This document shows positions 56,621 to 64,000 of a stretch of 64,000 bases of DNA, one piece after another. The stretch is from NCBI GenBank assembly GCA_036522875.1, contig DATDEZ010000102.1, positions 797 through 64,796 on the forward strand, read 5' to 3'. How positions within the stretch are numbered: position 1 is the stretch's first letter; every line of letters begins with the position of its first letter. This DNA is from Gemmatimonadales bacterium. Its GTDB lineage: Bacteria > Gemmatimonadota > Gemmatimonadetes > Gemmatimonadales > GWC2-71-9. A program made the position numbers and the translations under genes. Under the pieces are notes generated by a model that was not told the origin of the DNA, did not search any database, and saw nothing but the letters and a program-made list of their open reading frames with translations.

Positions 56621-56979
56621 GCTTCCTCCTCTTCCAGCTCTTCTTCTTCAGGCGCGGCGGCGCCGGTGACGACCGGCTTCGGCTGTTCCTTCGACGCCTC
56701 GACGATGAGATAGCGCAAGACGCTCTCGTCCAGCTTCACGGCGCGCTCGTACTCGGGCAGGAGATCGCCTTCCGCCTCGAATTCGGTGACGACGTAAAAC
56801 CCCGTGTCCTTTTTCTTGACTTTGAAGGCGAGCGTCCGCTTGCCCCACGGCGACGACTTCGTAATGCTGCCGCGACCGTCCTTGGTCAGCAGGGCGTGAA
56901 ACCGGTTGAGTTTTTCGGTGATTGCCGGCTCGTCCAGCGCGCTATCAAAGATGTAGACCGTCTCGTACCGACGACGCAT
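56617..56979 (-). CDS. rpsF: 30S ribosomal protein S6 (with acidic C-terminal tail)
   Basis: [17 protein letters not shown]...[19 protein letters not shown].... GGGAGG SD upstream. Confidence 0.95.
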   Translation of the reverse strand: MRRRYETVYIFDSALDEPAITEKLNRFHALLTKDGRGSITKSSPWGKRTLAFKVKKKDTGFYVVTEFEAEGDLLPEYERAVKLDESVLRYLIVEASKEQPKPVVTGAAAPEEEELEEEEA

Positions 56980-57111
56980 GCCACCTCCCTTTGGTCATGG
57001 GTGACCCGGTGCGGTGGAAGGCACCGAGTAGGGGATTTGTGAGTACAAAGCTAAACGGCATGTACAGGCGTGGAAAGGCATGCCACGGCGTGCTATTGTA
57101 GGAGACGCACC

Positions 57112-57870
57112 ATGATGGCGCTTCCGGTCGTTACGGCGCTGCTCGCCGCTTCGGCGCCGCTGAATCAGGTCGATACCACCGCGGGTCTCCGTGGCAGGGC
57201 CGCCTCCTCGTTCAACGGCCGCCCGCTCGCCGGCGTCATGATCTCCGTCCCGGCCGCCCACAAGTTCATCGTCACCGACTCCACCGGCGCGTTTTGGATC
57301 GCGGGTCTGCCGCCCGGCGGCCAGATCGTGCGCATCGCGTATGAAGGGCGGGAGACCGAGGAATACGAGTTCTTCCTGCGCAGCGCGCACACCAAGACCA
57401 TCGCGGTGTTGCTCGACGTCGATGCCGTGAATCTCGATCCCCTCGTGGTCGAGGCCCGTCAGGCGAATACCTGGCGGGATCTCGCCGGGTTCTACGAGCG
57501 CAAGCGCTGGTACGGCGGCTTCGCCCGGTTCTTCACGCGTGAAGAGATCGATCGCATCCAACCCAACAAGATCGGCACGGTCCTCGCGCTGGAAGGCATC
57601 GCGGTCCGCTGCTATGCGTTCTGCCTGCCGACACGGTTCAGCCGGGGGCATTTGTGCGTCGTGCCGGTCAACGTGAACGGACTGCCGTGGGCCGAGGACA
57701 ACTACGACCACATCCCGATCACGAGCGTCGCGGCGATCGAGATCTACCGTGGCGAGCCGCCGTACGGGCTCAGTCCGTCCCTGGCGGTGACGCCGGGCTC
57801 GTCGGTCTGGATGGGCGGCGGGTTTCCGAGTCAAAATCCGTGCGGGCTGGTGCTGATCTGGACGCGGTGA
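57112..57870 (+). CDS. Secreted CarboxypepD_reg-like plus TonB-receptor Plug-like protein lacking a beta-barrel
   Basis: Signal peptide MMALPVVTALLAASAP. Ig-like GRPLAGVMISVPAAHKFIVTDSTGAFWIAGLPPG. Plug-like ...EEIDRIQPNKIGTVLALEGIAV...VNVNGLP...ITSVAAIEIYRG...GLVLIWTR. AGGAGA SD 6 nt before ATG 57112. Confidence 0.5.
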   Translation: MMALPVVTALLAASAPLNQVDTTAGLRGRAASSFNGRPLAGVMISVPAAHKFIVTDSTGAFWIAGLPPGGQIVRIAYEGRETEEYEFFLRSAHTKTIAVLLDVDAVNLDPLVVEARQANTWRDLAGFYERKRWYGGFARFFTREEIDRIQPNKIGTVLALEGIAVRCYAFCLPTRFSRGHLCVVPVNVNGLPWAEDNYDHIPITSVAAIEIYRGEPPYGLSPSLAVTPGSSVWMGGGFPSQNPCGLVLIWTR

Positions 57871-57873
57871 GCC

Positions 57874-58977
57874 TTAGACGTTGAAGCGAAACAGCAGGAT
57901 ATCGCCGTCCTTCACGACGTACTCCCGGCCTTCACTGCGCACCAGTCCCTGCTCGCGGGCGACCTTGTAGCTGCCCGCCTTCAAGAACTCGTTGTATCCC
58001 ACCGTCTCGGCGCGGATGAAGCCGCGCTGGAAATCCGAGTGGATCTCGCCGGCGGCGTCGAACGCCGTGTCGGCGCGGTGCATCGTCCAGGCGCGGACCT
58101 CGGTTTCGCCGACCGTAAAAAAGGTCTGGAGACCGAGTAGCCGGTAGCCCGCGTGAATCAGACGATCGAGACCGGGCTCGGTCACGCCGGCGCTCGCCAA
58201 ATACTCCTTCCGCTCCTCGCCGGACAGCTCGCCGAGCTCGGCTTCGAACTTGGCGGAGAAGGGGACGATCTCGGCTTCTTCGTGATGGCTTTGGACCGCC
58301 GAGCGGAGCTTGTCGATCCATTTGCCGCCGCCTGAGGCGAGGTCGTCTTCGTTGACGTTCGCCGCGTAGAGAATCGGTTTGGCGGTGAGCAGCCCCAGCG
58401 TGCGCAAGAACTTGATGGCGTCCGGGTTCTCGCCGGCCTCCCGCGCACCGCGGCCCTTGTTCAGCTCTTCGACCACGCGGTCGAGCAGGACGAGCTCGGC
58501 CTGCGCCTCCTTGTCGCCGGCACGCGCCGATTTGCGGGTCTTGTCGAGCCGGCGCTCGACGACGGCGAGATCGGCGAGCGCGAGCTCGCTCGTGATGACG
58601 TCGTGGTCCCGTACCGGATCGACCGGTCCCATGACGTGCACGACGTCAGGATCGTCGAAGCAGCGAATGACGTGGACCACCGCGTCGACTTCGCGGATGT
58701 GCGACAGGAACTGGTTGCCGAGCCCTTCGCCTTGTGAGGCGCCCTTGACGAGGCCGGCGATGTCCACGAACTCGACGACGGCGGGGACTTTCTTCTTCGG
58801 CTTGACGAGCTCGTTGAGCGTCTCGAGCCGGGCATCCGGCACTTCGACGACGCCGACGTTGGGCTCGACGGTGCAGAAGGGATAGTTCTCCGCCGCCGCG
58901 GCCTTCGACGACGTGAGCGCGTTGAAGAGCGTGGACTTTCCCACGTTCGGCAGACCGACGATTCCTAGGCGGAGCAT
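57874..58977 (-). CDS. ychF: Redox-regulated ribosome-associated ATPase YchF
   Basis: GIVGLPNVGKSTLFNALT, DIAGLVKGAS, C-terminal TGS-like GREYVVKDGDILLFRFN. Confidence 0.95.
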   Translation of the reverse strand: MLRLGIVGLPNVGKSTLFNALTSSKAAAAENYPFCTVEPNVGVVEVPDARLETLNELVKPKKKVPAVVEFVDIAGLVKGASQGEGLGNQFLSHIREVDAVVHVIRCFDDPDVVHVMGPVDPVRDHDVITSELALADLAVVERRLDKTRKSARAGDKEAQAELVLLDRVVEELNKGRGAREAGENPDAIKFLRTLGLLTAKPILYAANVNEDDLASGGGKWIDKLRSAVQSHHEEAEIVPFSAKFEAELGELSGEERKEYLASAGVTEPGLDRLIHAGYRLLGLQTFFTVGETEVRAWTMHRADTAFDAAGEIHSDFQRGFIRAETVGYNEFLKAGSYKVAREQGLVRSEGREYVVKDGDILLFRFNV

Positions 58978-58978
58978 C

Positions 58979-59512
58979 TCAGTCCTTCAGCCACTTCTCG
59001 ACTTCTTCGATCATCCGCGGCATGAGCGACTCGACCTGCTCCCGCTCTTCCGGCTCGAATGGCGCGAGCACGTAGTCGGCCCAGTCGCCGATTCCCTCCG
59101 GCAGCGGTCCCACGCCGATGCGCAGGCGCGCGTACTGCTGCGACTGCAGCGAACCCTCGATGCTCTTCAAGCCGTTGTGCCCGCCGGCCGAGCCGTCGGG
59201 CCGGAACCGGAATGTGCCGAGCGGGATCTGGAAGTCGTCGACGAGGATCAGGAGGTCGCGCGCGGCGTCGAACGACGGATCGGCGCGCAGCGACGCGAGC
59301 GCGGCGCCGGAGTGGTTCATGAACGTCGTGGGCTTGAGAATGCGGACCGGAACGCCCTGGGCCGTGCCTTCCGTCGCGCGCGCGCGCTCGGCGCGACGGA
59401 AGGGCGGGAATTTCCACTGGTCGGCAAGCGCGTCGGCGAGGAGAAAGCCGGCATTGTGGCGCGTCGCCGCGTAATCCGGACCCGGATTGCCCAGGCCGAC
59501 GACGGCGCGCAG
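58979..59512 (-). CDS. pth: Peptidyl-tRNA hydrolase
   Basis: VVGLGNPGPDYAATRHNAGF (catalytic His region) and DDFQIPLGTFRFRPDGSAGGHNGLKS. The first canonical start is ATG 59320, which would delete the catalytic N-terminus. The 5' end is therefore placed at CTG 59512-59510, two codons after the L25 TAG. Confidence 0.8.
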   Translation of the reverse strand: MRAVVGLGNPGPDYAATRHNAGFLLADALADQWKFPPFRRAERARATEGTAQGVPVRILKPTTFMNHSGAALASLRADPSFDAARDLLILVDDFQIPLGTFRFRPDGSAGGHNGLKSIEGSLQSQQYARLRIGVGPLPEGIGDWADYVLAPFEPEEREQVESLMPRMIEEVEKWLKD

Positions 59513-59515
59513 AAC

Positions 59516-60235
59516 CTACTCTTCCTTCTTGCCCTTGGGCTTCTCTTTCTCTTCTGCTTTCGCTTCGGGTGCGGGCGCCGCGCCTTCCTCGCCCTCTTCG
59601 CCCTCGCGGACCTTGCGAATGAGCTCGGGCTCGGCCACCTCGGTGGCAGTTTCGGCGGCCGGCGCGACGACTTCCTCGGCGCGCGGCGGCACGACCGTCA
59701 CGATCGTCAGATCGGCCCCGGTGAGGATCACGGCGTTCGGGATCGACAGGTCCCGTGTGTGCAGCGAGTCTCCGATCTTCAACGCGGTGACGTCCAGCTC
59801 CACGCGGTCGGGGATGTGCTCGGGCAGCACTTCGATTTCGACTTCGCGCGTCACCTGGTCGAGCACGCCGCCCGCGTTGCGCACGCCGTCCGCCGTCCCG
59901 ACGAGGTGCACCGGGACCTTCAGCGTGACCTTCTCGTCCGCCTTGATCTCGTAGAAGTCGACGTGGATGATGTCGGGGCGAAGGGGATGGCGCTGAATCT
60001 CGCGGATCAGCGCGCGCGACTTCTTGCCGTCGACGGTGAGCTCGATCAGCGTGCTTTCCGCCTCGATGCCCGTCAGCGCTTTCTCGAGTGAGAGCGCGTC
60101 TACCATCAGCGATTGCGTCGCGCGGCCGTGACCGTAGACGACGGCCGGGACCTGCTTGTTGAACCGCGCCTGGCGCGCCGCGCCTTTGCCTGTTTTCTCG
60201 CGCGCCGTCGCGCTGAGGATTACCGTCTGAGCCAT
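59516..60235 (-). CDS. rplY: 50S ribosomal protein L25 / general stress protein Ctc (long form)
   Basis: REKTGKGAARQARFNKQVPAVVYG...IQRHPLRPDIIHVDF.... Charged low-complexity C-terminus. Confidence 0.9.
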   Translation of the reverse strand: MAQTVILSATAREKTGKGAARQARFNKQVPAVVYGHGRATQSLMVDALSLEKALTGIEAESTLIELTVDGKKSRALIREIQRHPLRPDIIHVDFYEIKADEKVTLKVPVHLVGTADGVRNAGGVLDQVTREVEIEVLPEHIPDRVELDVTALKIGDSLHTRDLSIPNAVILTGADLTIVTVVPPRAEEVVAPAAETATEVAEPELIRKVREGEEGEEGAAPAPEAKAEEKEKPKGKKEE

Positions 60236-60257
60236 AGAAGCAGTCCTGGGTGCGAAG

Positions 60258-61211
60258 TCAGTCGAACAACGAACTCACCGATTGATTCGAGTGCTCATAG
60301 CCGATCGCCTTGGCCATCAGGCTGGCAATCGAGAGCACTTTCAGCTTTTCAAAGATCCGCTCGTCCGGAATGCGGATCGTGTTCGTCACCGTCACCTCTT
60401 CGATCGGCGATGCGCGCAACCGCTCGACCGCCGGGCCCGACAACAGCGCATGCGTCGCGAAGGCGAAGATGCGCCGCGCTCCCAGCCGCTTCAGCGCCGC
60501 CGCGGCTTCCGAGATCGTGCCCGCGGTGTCGATCATGTCGTCGGGGATCAGGCAATCCTTATCCGCGACCTCGCCGACGACGTTCACCACTTCGGCGATG
60601 TTCGCCGACGGCCGCCGCTTGTCGATGATCGCGAGGGACGCGTCCAGCCGCTTCGCGAACCCGCGCGCCATCTTGGCCGACCCGACGTCCGGCGCCACCA
60701 CCACCGGATCGTGCAGCCGCTTCGTCCGGTAGTGATTCACGAACACCGGCGCTGCATACAGGTGATCGACCGGAATGTCGAAAAAGCCCTGCACCTGGTG
60801 CGAGTGAAAATCGATCCCCAGCACCCGGTCCGCGCCCGCGTGTGTGATCAGGTTCGCCACCAGCTTGGCGCTGATCGCTACGCGCGGCTGATCTTTCCGG
60901 TCCTGCCGGGCGTACCCGAAGTAGGGCAGCACTGCGGTGATCCGGGCGGCGCTCGCACGGCGCGCCGCGTCAATCAGGAGCAACAGCTCCATGTAGTTCT
61001 CGGCCGGCGGATTCGTGGGCTGGATGATAAAGACATCGCGCCCGCGCACGTTCTCGTCGATTTTGACGAAGATTTCGCCGTCGGCAAACCGCCGCATCGT
61101 CACCGCGCACAGCGGCTGCCCCAAATGCTGGGCCATCTCCTCGGCGAGAGGCCGGTTGGCCGTGCCGGCGAGGAGCAGGAGCTGGCTGCGCGACAGCGCG
61201 AGGTCCCGCAT
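60258..61211 (-). CDS. prs: Ribose-phosphate pyrophosphokinase
   Basis: FADGEIFVKIDENVRGRDVFIIQ, YFGYARQDRK, DDMIDTAGT. ATG 61211. Confidence 0.95.
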   Translation of the reverse strand: MRDLALSRSQLLLLAGTANRPLAEEMAQHLGQPLCAVTMRRFADGEIFVKIDENVRGRDVFIIQPTNPPAENYMELLLLIDAARRASAARITAVLPYFGYARQDRKDQPRVAISAKLVANLITHAGADRVLGIDFHSHQVQGFFDIPVDHLYAAPVFVNHYRTKRLHDPVVVAPDVGSAKMARGFAKRLDASLAIIDKRRPSANIAEVVNVVGEVADKDCLIPDDMIDTAGTISEAAAALKRLGARRIFAFATHALLSGPAVERLRASPIEEVTVTNTIRIPDERIFEKLKVLSIASLMAKAIGYEHSNQSVSSLFD

Positions 61212-61328
61212 TTGGGACCCGGAAAGTAGTCGGCAAAGCCCGGATAGCCAAGTCTGTGACCCGTCCAAACATCGGGGGGTGGTCAATCGTATTAAGACAC
61301 CCGTTTTCCTCTCCTTAAGGAGTCACGC

Positions 61329-61805
61329 ATGCGTCGTCTTTTGGCCGTCCTCACCTGCGTGCTGGTGGCGGCTCCGCTCGCCGCGCAGCAGCAACCGACC
61401 CAACAGCCGGGCGAGCAGGGTCGCCGCTTCGCCCCGCCCCCCGATCACTGGATGACGATCGATTCCCTGAGCCAGGCGCTCGGCCTGACGGCCGATCAGC
61501 GCACCAAGGTCACGCCGTCCTACACGGCGCTGAACGGCGTGCTCAAGGATGCCGCCGCGCGTCGCCAGGCGATCCGCCAGCAGATGCAGGCATCCGGCTT
61601 CACGCCCGGACAGGAACCCACGCCCGAACAGCGCGCCAAGTTCGACAGCGTGCGCGCGCAGATGCAGGGATTCCAGGACGAGGCGGATCAGTACGTGACG
61701 GCCATTCGGTCGAGCCTCACGCCGGCACAGCAGACGAAGTTCGACTCGCTGCCCAAGCCGCAGGTGATGCGGCGCGGCATGGGAGGCGGACAGCCGCGCC
61801 AGTAG
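61329..61805 (+). CDS. Periplasmic Spy/CpxP-like LTXXQ-motif protein
   Basis: Signal peptide ...VAAPLAAQQQ. Two LTxxQ motifs (LTADQ, LTPAQQ). Helical and Q-rich. Confidence 0.55.
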   Translation: MRRLLAVLTCVLVAAPLAAQQQPTQQPGEQGRRFAPPPDHWMTIDSLSQALGLTADQRTKVTPSYTALNGVLKDAAARRQAIRQQMQASGFTPGQEPTPEQRAKFDSVRAQMQGFQDEADQYVTAIRSSLTPAQQTKFDSLPKPQVMRRGMGGGQPRQ

Positions 61806-61841
61806 GTATCCTTCGGGTCCAACTCAATCGGATTCGATACG

Positions 61842-64000
61842 ATGGCGCGTCGTTTCGCACTCGCAGGTCTTTTGGCCGTCGCGCTGGGCGGCTCTCTCTC
61901 CGCCCAGCGCGCCGGCTCTGATACTGCTCCCCTCACCGTCGATCGCATCTTCGCCTCGCCCGAGTTTCGCAGCGGGACATTCGGCCCGCTCGCCTGGCTC
62001 GCGGACGGCATTTCCTACACGACGCTCGAGCCACCCGCGAGCGGCCGGCCCGGCCGCGACATCGTGCGGTTAGACGCCGAGACCGGCCTGCGGACGATTC
62101 TGGTTCCGGCGGCGCGGCTGATTCCCGCGGGCGACTCGACGCCGCTCGACATCGAGGATTACAGCTGGTCGGCCGACGGACGAAAGCTGTTGGTCTTCAC
62201 GAACTCGCGGCAGGTCTGGCGCACCAACACGCGCGGCGACTACTGGGTGCTCGATCTCGCCGGCTGGACGCTCAAGAAGCTGGGCGGCACCGGTCCGGCC
62301 TCCACCCTGATGTTCGCGAAGTTTTCGCCCGACGGGAATCGCGTCGGCTGGGTGCGGTACGGCGAGTACAACATTTACGTCGAAGACCTGGCGAGCGGAA
62401 AGCTCACCCAGCTCACGCACGATGGCTCGCGCACCACGATCAACGGCACGTTCGACTGGGTGTACGAAGAAGAGCTCGGCCTGCAGGACGGATGGCGCTG
62501 GAATCCCGACGGGCAATCCATCGCCTACTGGCAGCTCGACGCCACGGGTGTGCGCGACTTCCTGCTGTACGACGTGACGGACTCGCTCTACGCCTTCATC
62601 AATCCGGTGCAATATCCCAAAGCCGGGCAGACCAACTCGGCGGGCCGAGTGGGCGTGGTGCGCACCGACAGCGGGCCGACGCGGTGGATCAACATCCCAG
62701 GCGATCCACGCCAGAATTACATCGCGCGCATGGAATGGGTGCCGCCGCAGGGCACGGGTACCCATACGAACGAGCTCGTCATCCAGCACATGAACCGGCT
62801 CCAGGACACGCTGCACGTCATGATCGCCGACGCGCAGACCGGCGCGGTGCGCGTCGCGTTCACGGAAGCCGACACCGCGTGGGTCGATCATTTCGACGAG
62901 CTGCAGTTCCTGAATGGCGGCAAAGACATCCTGTGGATGTCGGAGCGCAGCGGGTGGAGTCAGCTGTATCTGATGCCGCGCGGCGGCGGGACGCCGCGCG
63001 CCGTGACGTCGGGCAACTTCGACGTGCTCGGCGTCGCGCGCGTCGACACGGTCGGGAAATGGGTCTACTACATCGCGTCACCCGACAATCCGACGCAGCG
63101 CTATCTCTATCGTGTGAGCTACGGCAAGACGGCGGCCACGCAGCGCATCACCCCGCTTTCGGAGCCGGGCTCGCACGCCTACAACATTTCGCCGAGCGGC
63201 CGCTACGCGGTGCATTACTACTCGAAGTTCGGCGTGCCGCCGGTCGCCACGCTGATCAGCCTGCCCGACGATCGCACGCTGCGCACGCTCATCGACAACG
63301 CCGAGTTGAAGTCGAAGGTCGCGGCGCTGCGCACCGGCGCGCACGAATTTCGGCAAGTGGACATCGGCAACGGCATCAAGCTCAACGCCTGGTTCATCAA
63401 GCCGGTGAACTTCGACTCGACGGCCAAGTATCCCGTGCTGTTCTTCGTGTACGGCGGTCCGGGATCACAGACCGTGCTCGACTCCTGGGGCGGCCCGAAC
63501 TACCTCTGGTATCAGATGCTGGCGCAGCGCGGCTACATCGTGGCGAGCGTCGACAATCGGGGCACCGGCGCGCGCGGTCGCGCGTGGCGGAAAATCATTT
63601 ACAAGCAAATGGGGGTCGTCGAAACGCAGGATCAAGCGGCGGCGGCGCGGGCGGTCGGCCGGCTGCCGTACGTGGATTCGACGCGCATCGGGATCTGGGG
63701 CTGGAGCTACGGCGGCTTCATGACGCTCAACGCGCTGACGCAGGCGCCCGACGTGTACCGCATGGGGATCGCCGTCGCGCCGGTCACGCACTGGAAGTAC
63801 TACGACACGATCTACACCGAGCGCTACAACGCGCTGCCGCAGAGCAATGCCGCCGGCTACGACAAGGGCTCACCGCTCACGTATGCCAAGAACCTGAAGG
63901 CGAAGCTGCTGATCGTGCACGGCACGGGCGACGACAACGTGCACTTCCAGAACACGCAGGCCATGGTCAACGCGCTCGTCGCGGCGAACCGGCCGTTTTC
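61842..64000 (+). CDS. Dipeptidyl-peptidase IV-type S9B serine peptidase (partial, runs off right edge)
   Basis: Open frame from ATG 61842 to the window end; absent from the ORF track because it has no stop. DPPIV N-terminal propeller motifs (FDWVYEEE, YPKAG) and the catalytic GWSYGG at about 63700. Confidence 0.85.
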   Translation, partial: MARRFALAGLLAVALGGSLSAQRAGSDTAPLTVDRIFASPEFRSGTFGPLAWLADGISYTTLEPPASGRPGRDIVRLDAETGLRTILVPAARLIPAGDSTPLDIEDYSWSADGRKLLVFTNSRQVWRTNTRGDYWVLDLAGWTLKKLGGTGPASTLMFAKFSPDGNRVGWVRYGEYNIYVEDLASGKLTQLTHDGSRTTINGTFDWVYEEELGLQDGWRWNPDGQSIAYWQLDATGVRDFLLYDVTDSLYAFINPVQYPKAGQTNSAGRVGVVRTDSGPTRWINIPGDPRQNYIARMEWVPPQGTGTHTNELVIQHMNRLQDTLHVMIADAQTGAVRVAFTEADTAWVDHFDELQFLNGGKDILWMSERSGWSQLYLMPRGGGTPRAVTSGNFDVLGVARVDTVGKWVYYIASPDNPTQRYLYRVSYGKTAATQRITPLSEPGSHAYNISPSGRYAVHYYSKFGVPPVATLISLPDDRTLRTLIDNAELKSKVAALRTGAHEFRQVDIGNGIKLNAWFIKPVNFDSTAKYPVLFFVYGGPGSQTVLDSWGGPNYLWYQMLAQRGYIVASVDNRGTGARGRAWRKIIYKQMGVVETQDQAAAARAVGRLPYVDSTRIGIWGWSYGGFMTLNALTQAPDVYRMGIAVAPVTHWKYYDTIYTERYNALPQSNAAGYDKGSPLTYAKNLKAKLLIVHGTGDDNVHFQNTQAMVNALVAANRPF

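Noticed and set aside
59510-59518. Genome-wide reassignment of TAG as a sense codon, as an explanation for the L25-TAG-pth arrangement
   Set aside because: TAG clearly terminates several well-delimited genes in this window (hemL 17815-17817, SpoIID-like 19061-19063, prmC 35122-35124, smc 43339-43341, rsfS 52820-52822), and conserved C-termini end there. Any readthrough would therefore have to be local.

Overview
Visibly GC-rich bacterial chromosomal DNA that is almost entirely coding. I recognise about 64 protein genes, packed into long co-directional blocks in which neighbouring genes are joined by ATGA/GTGA/TGATG start-stop overlaps. I could not find any rRNA, tRNA, CRISPR array, transposase or integrase. 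Signal peptides ending in LAAQ, a T9SS-type C-terminal sorting domain, several SPOR proteins and the overall gene set suggest a Gemmatimonadota-like organism; this is inference only.

Gene content by coordinate:
- 74-7145, minus strand: Kef-type antiporter; a divergently transcribed plus-strand MscS gene sits at 2111-3031. An Lrp-headed six-gene operon ends in a PLP decarboxylase.
- 7274-26144, plus strand: larE, thpR, an orphan sigma-54 response regulator, aldehyde dehydrogenase, lepB, a sigma-70 factor, yajQ, rimO, hemL, a SpoIID-like protein, an OM barrel, lnt, hyuA/hyuB.
- 26141-32860, minus strand: Crp, MBL hydrolase, CsgG-like lipoprotein, MlaE, a degenerate MlaF, MlaD, GAF-HD-GYP.
- 33008-38660, plus strand: rpmE, prfA, prmC, tmk, ctp.
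- 38569-56979, minus strand: an 18.4-kb virtually gapless block running rpsF, rpsR, DUF2232, rplI, DhaL-DegV fusion, rsfS, a giant protease/PD40/Omp85 protein, two SPOR proteins, smc, S8 peptidase, MBL, DAHP synthase, LolA-like.
- 57874-61211, minus strand: prs, ctc, pth, ychF.
- Right edge: a partial DPP-IV gene.

Most interesting observations:
1. An Mla-type transporter operon whose only ATPase subunit has every catalytic motif destroyed, and which is embedded between cyclic-nucleotide signalling genes.
2. A membrane-spanning pseudo-ParA/double-SPOR protein translationally coupled to smc.
3. Four conserved genes (pth, mlaE, the DhaL-DegV fusion, thpR) whose indispensable N-terminal homology lies upstream of any ATG/GTG/TTG. 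pth sits in frame directly behind the L25 TAG stop.
4. A FakA-N/FakB (DhaL-DegV) single-chain fusion.
5. A shared 4 x 8-nt GGCGGTTN array plus inverted copies at the extreme 5' ends of two unrelated secreted-protein genes.

All functional calls come from reading the translated ORFs by eye. No database search was run.
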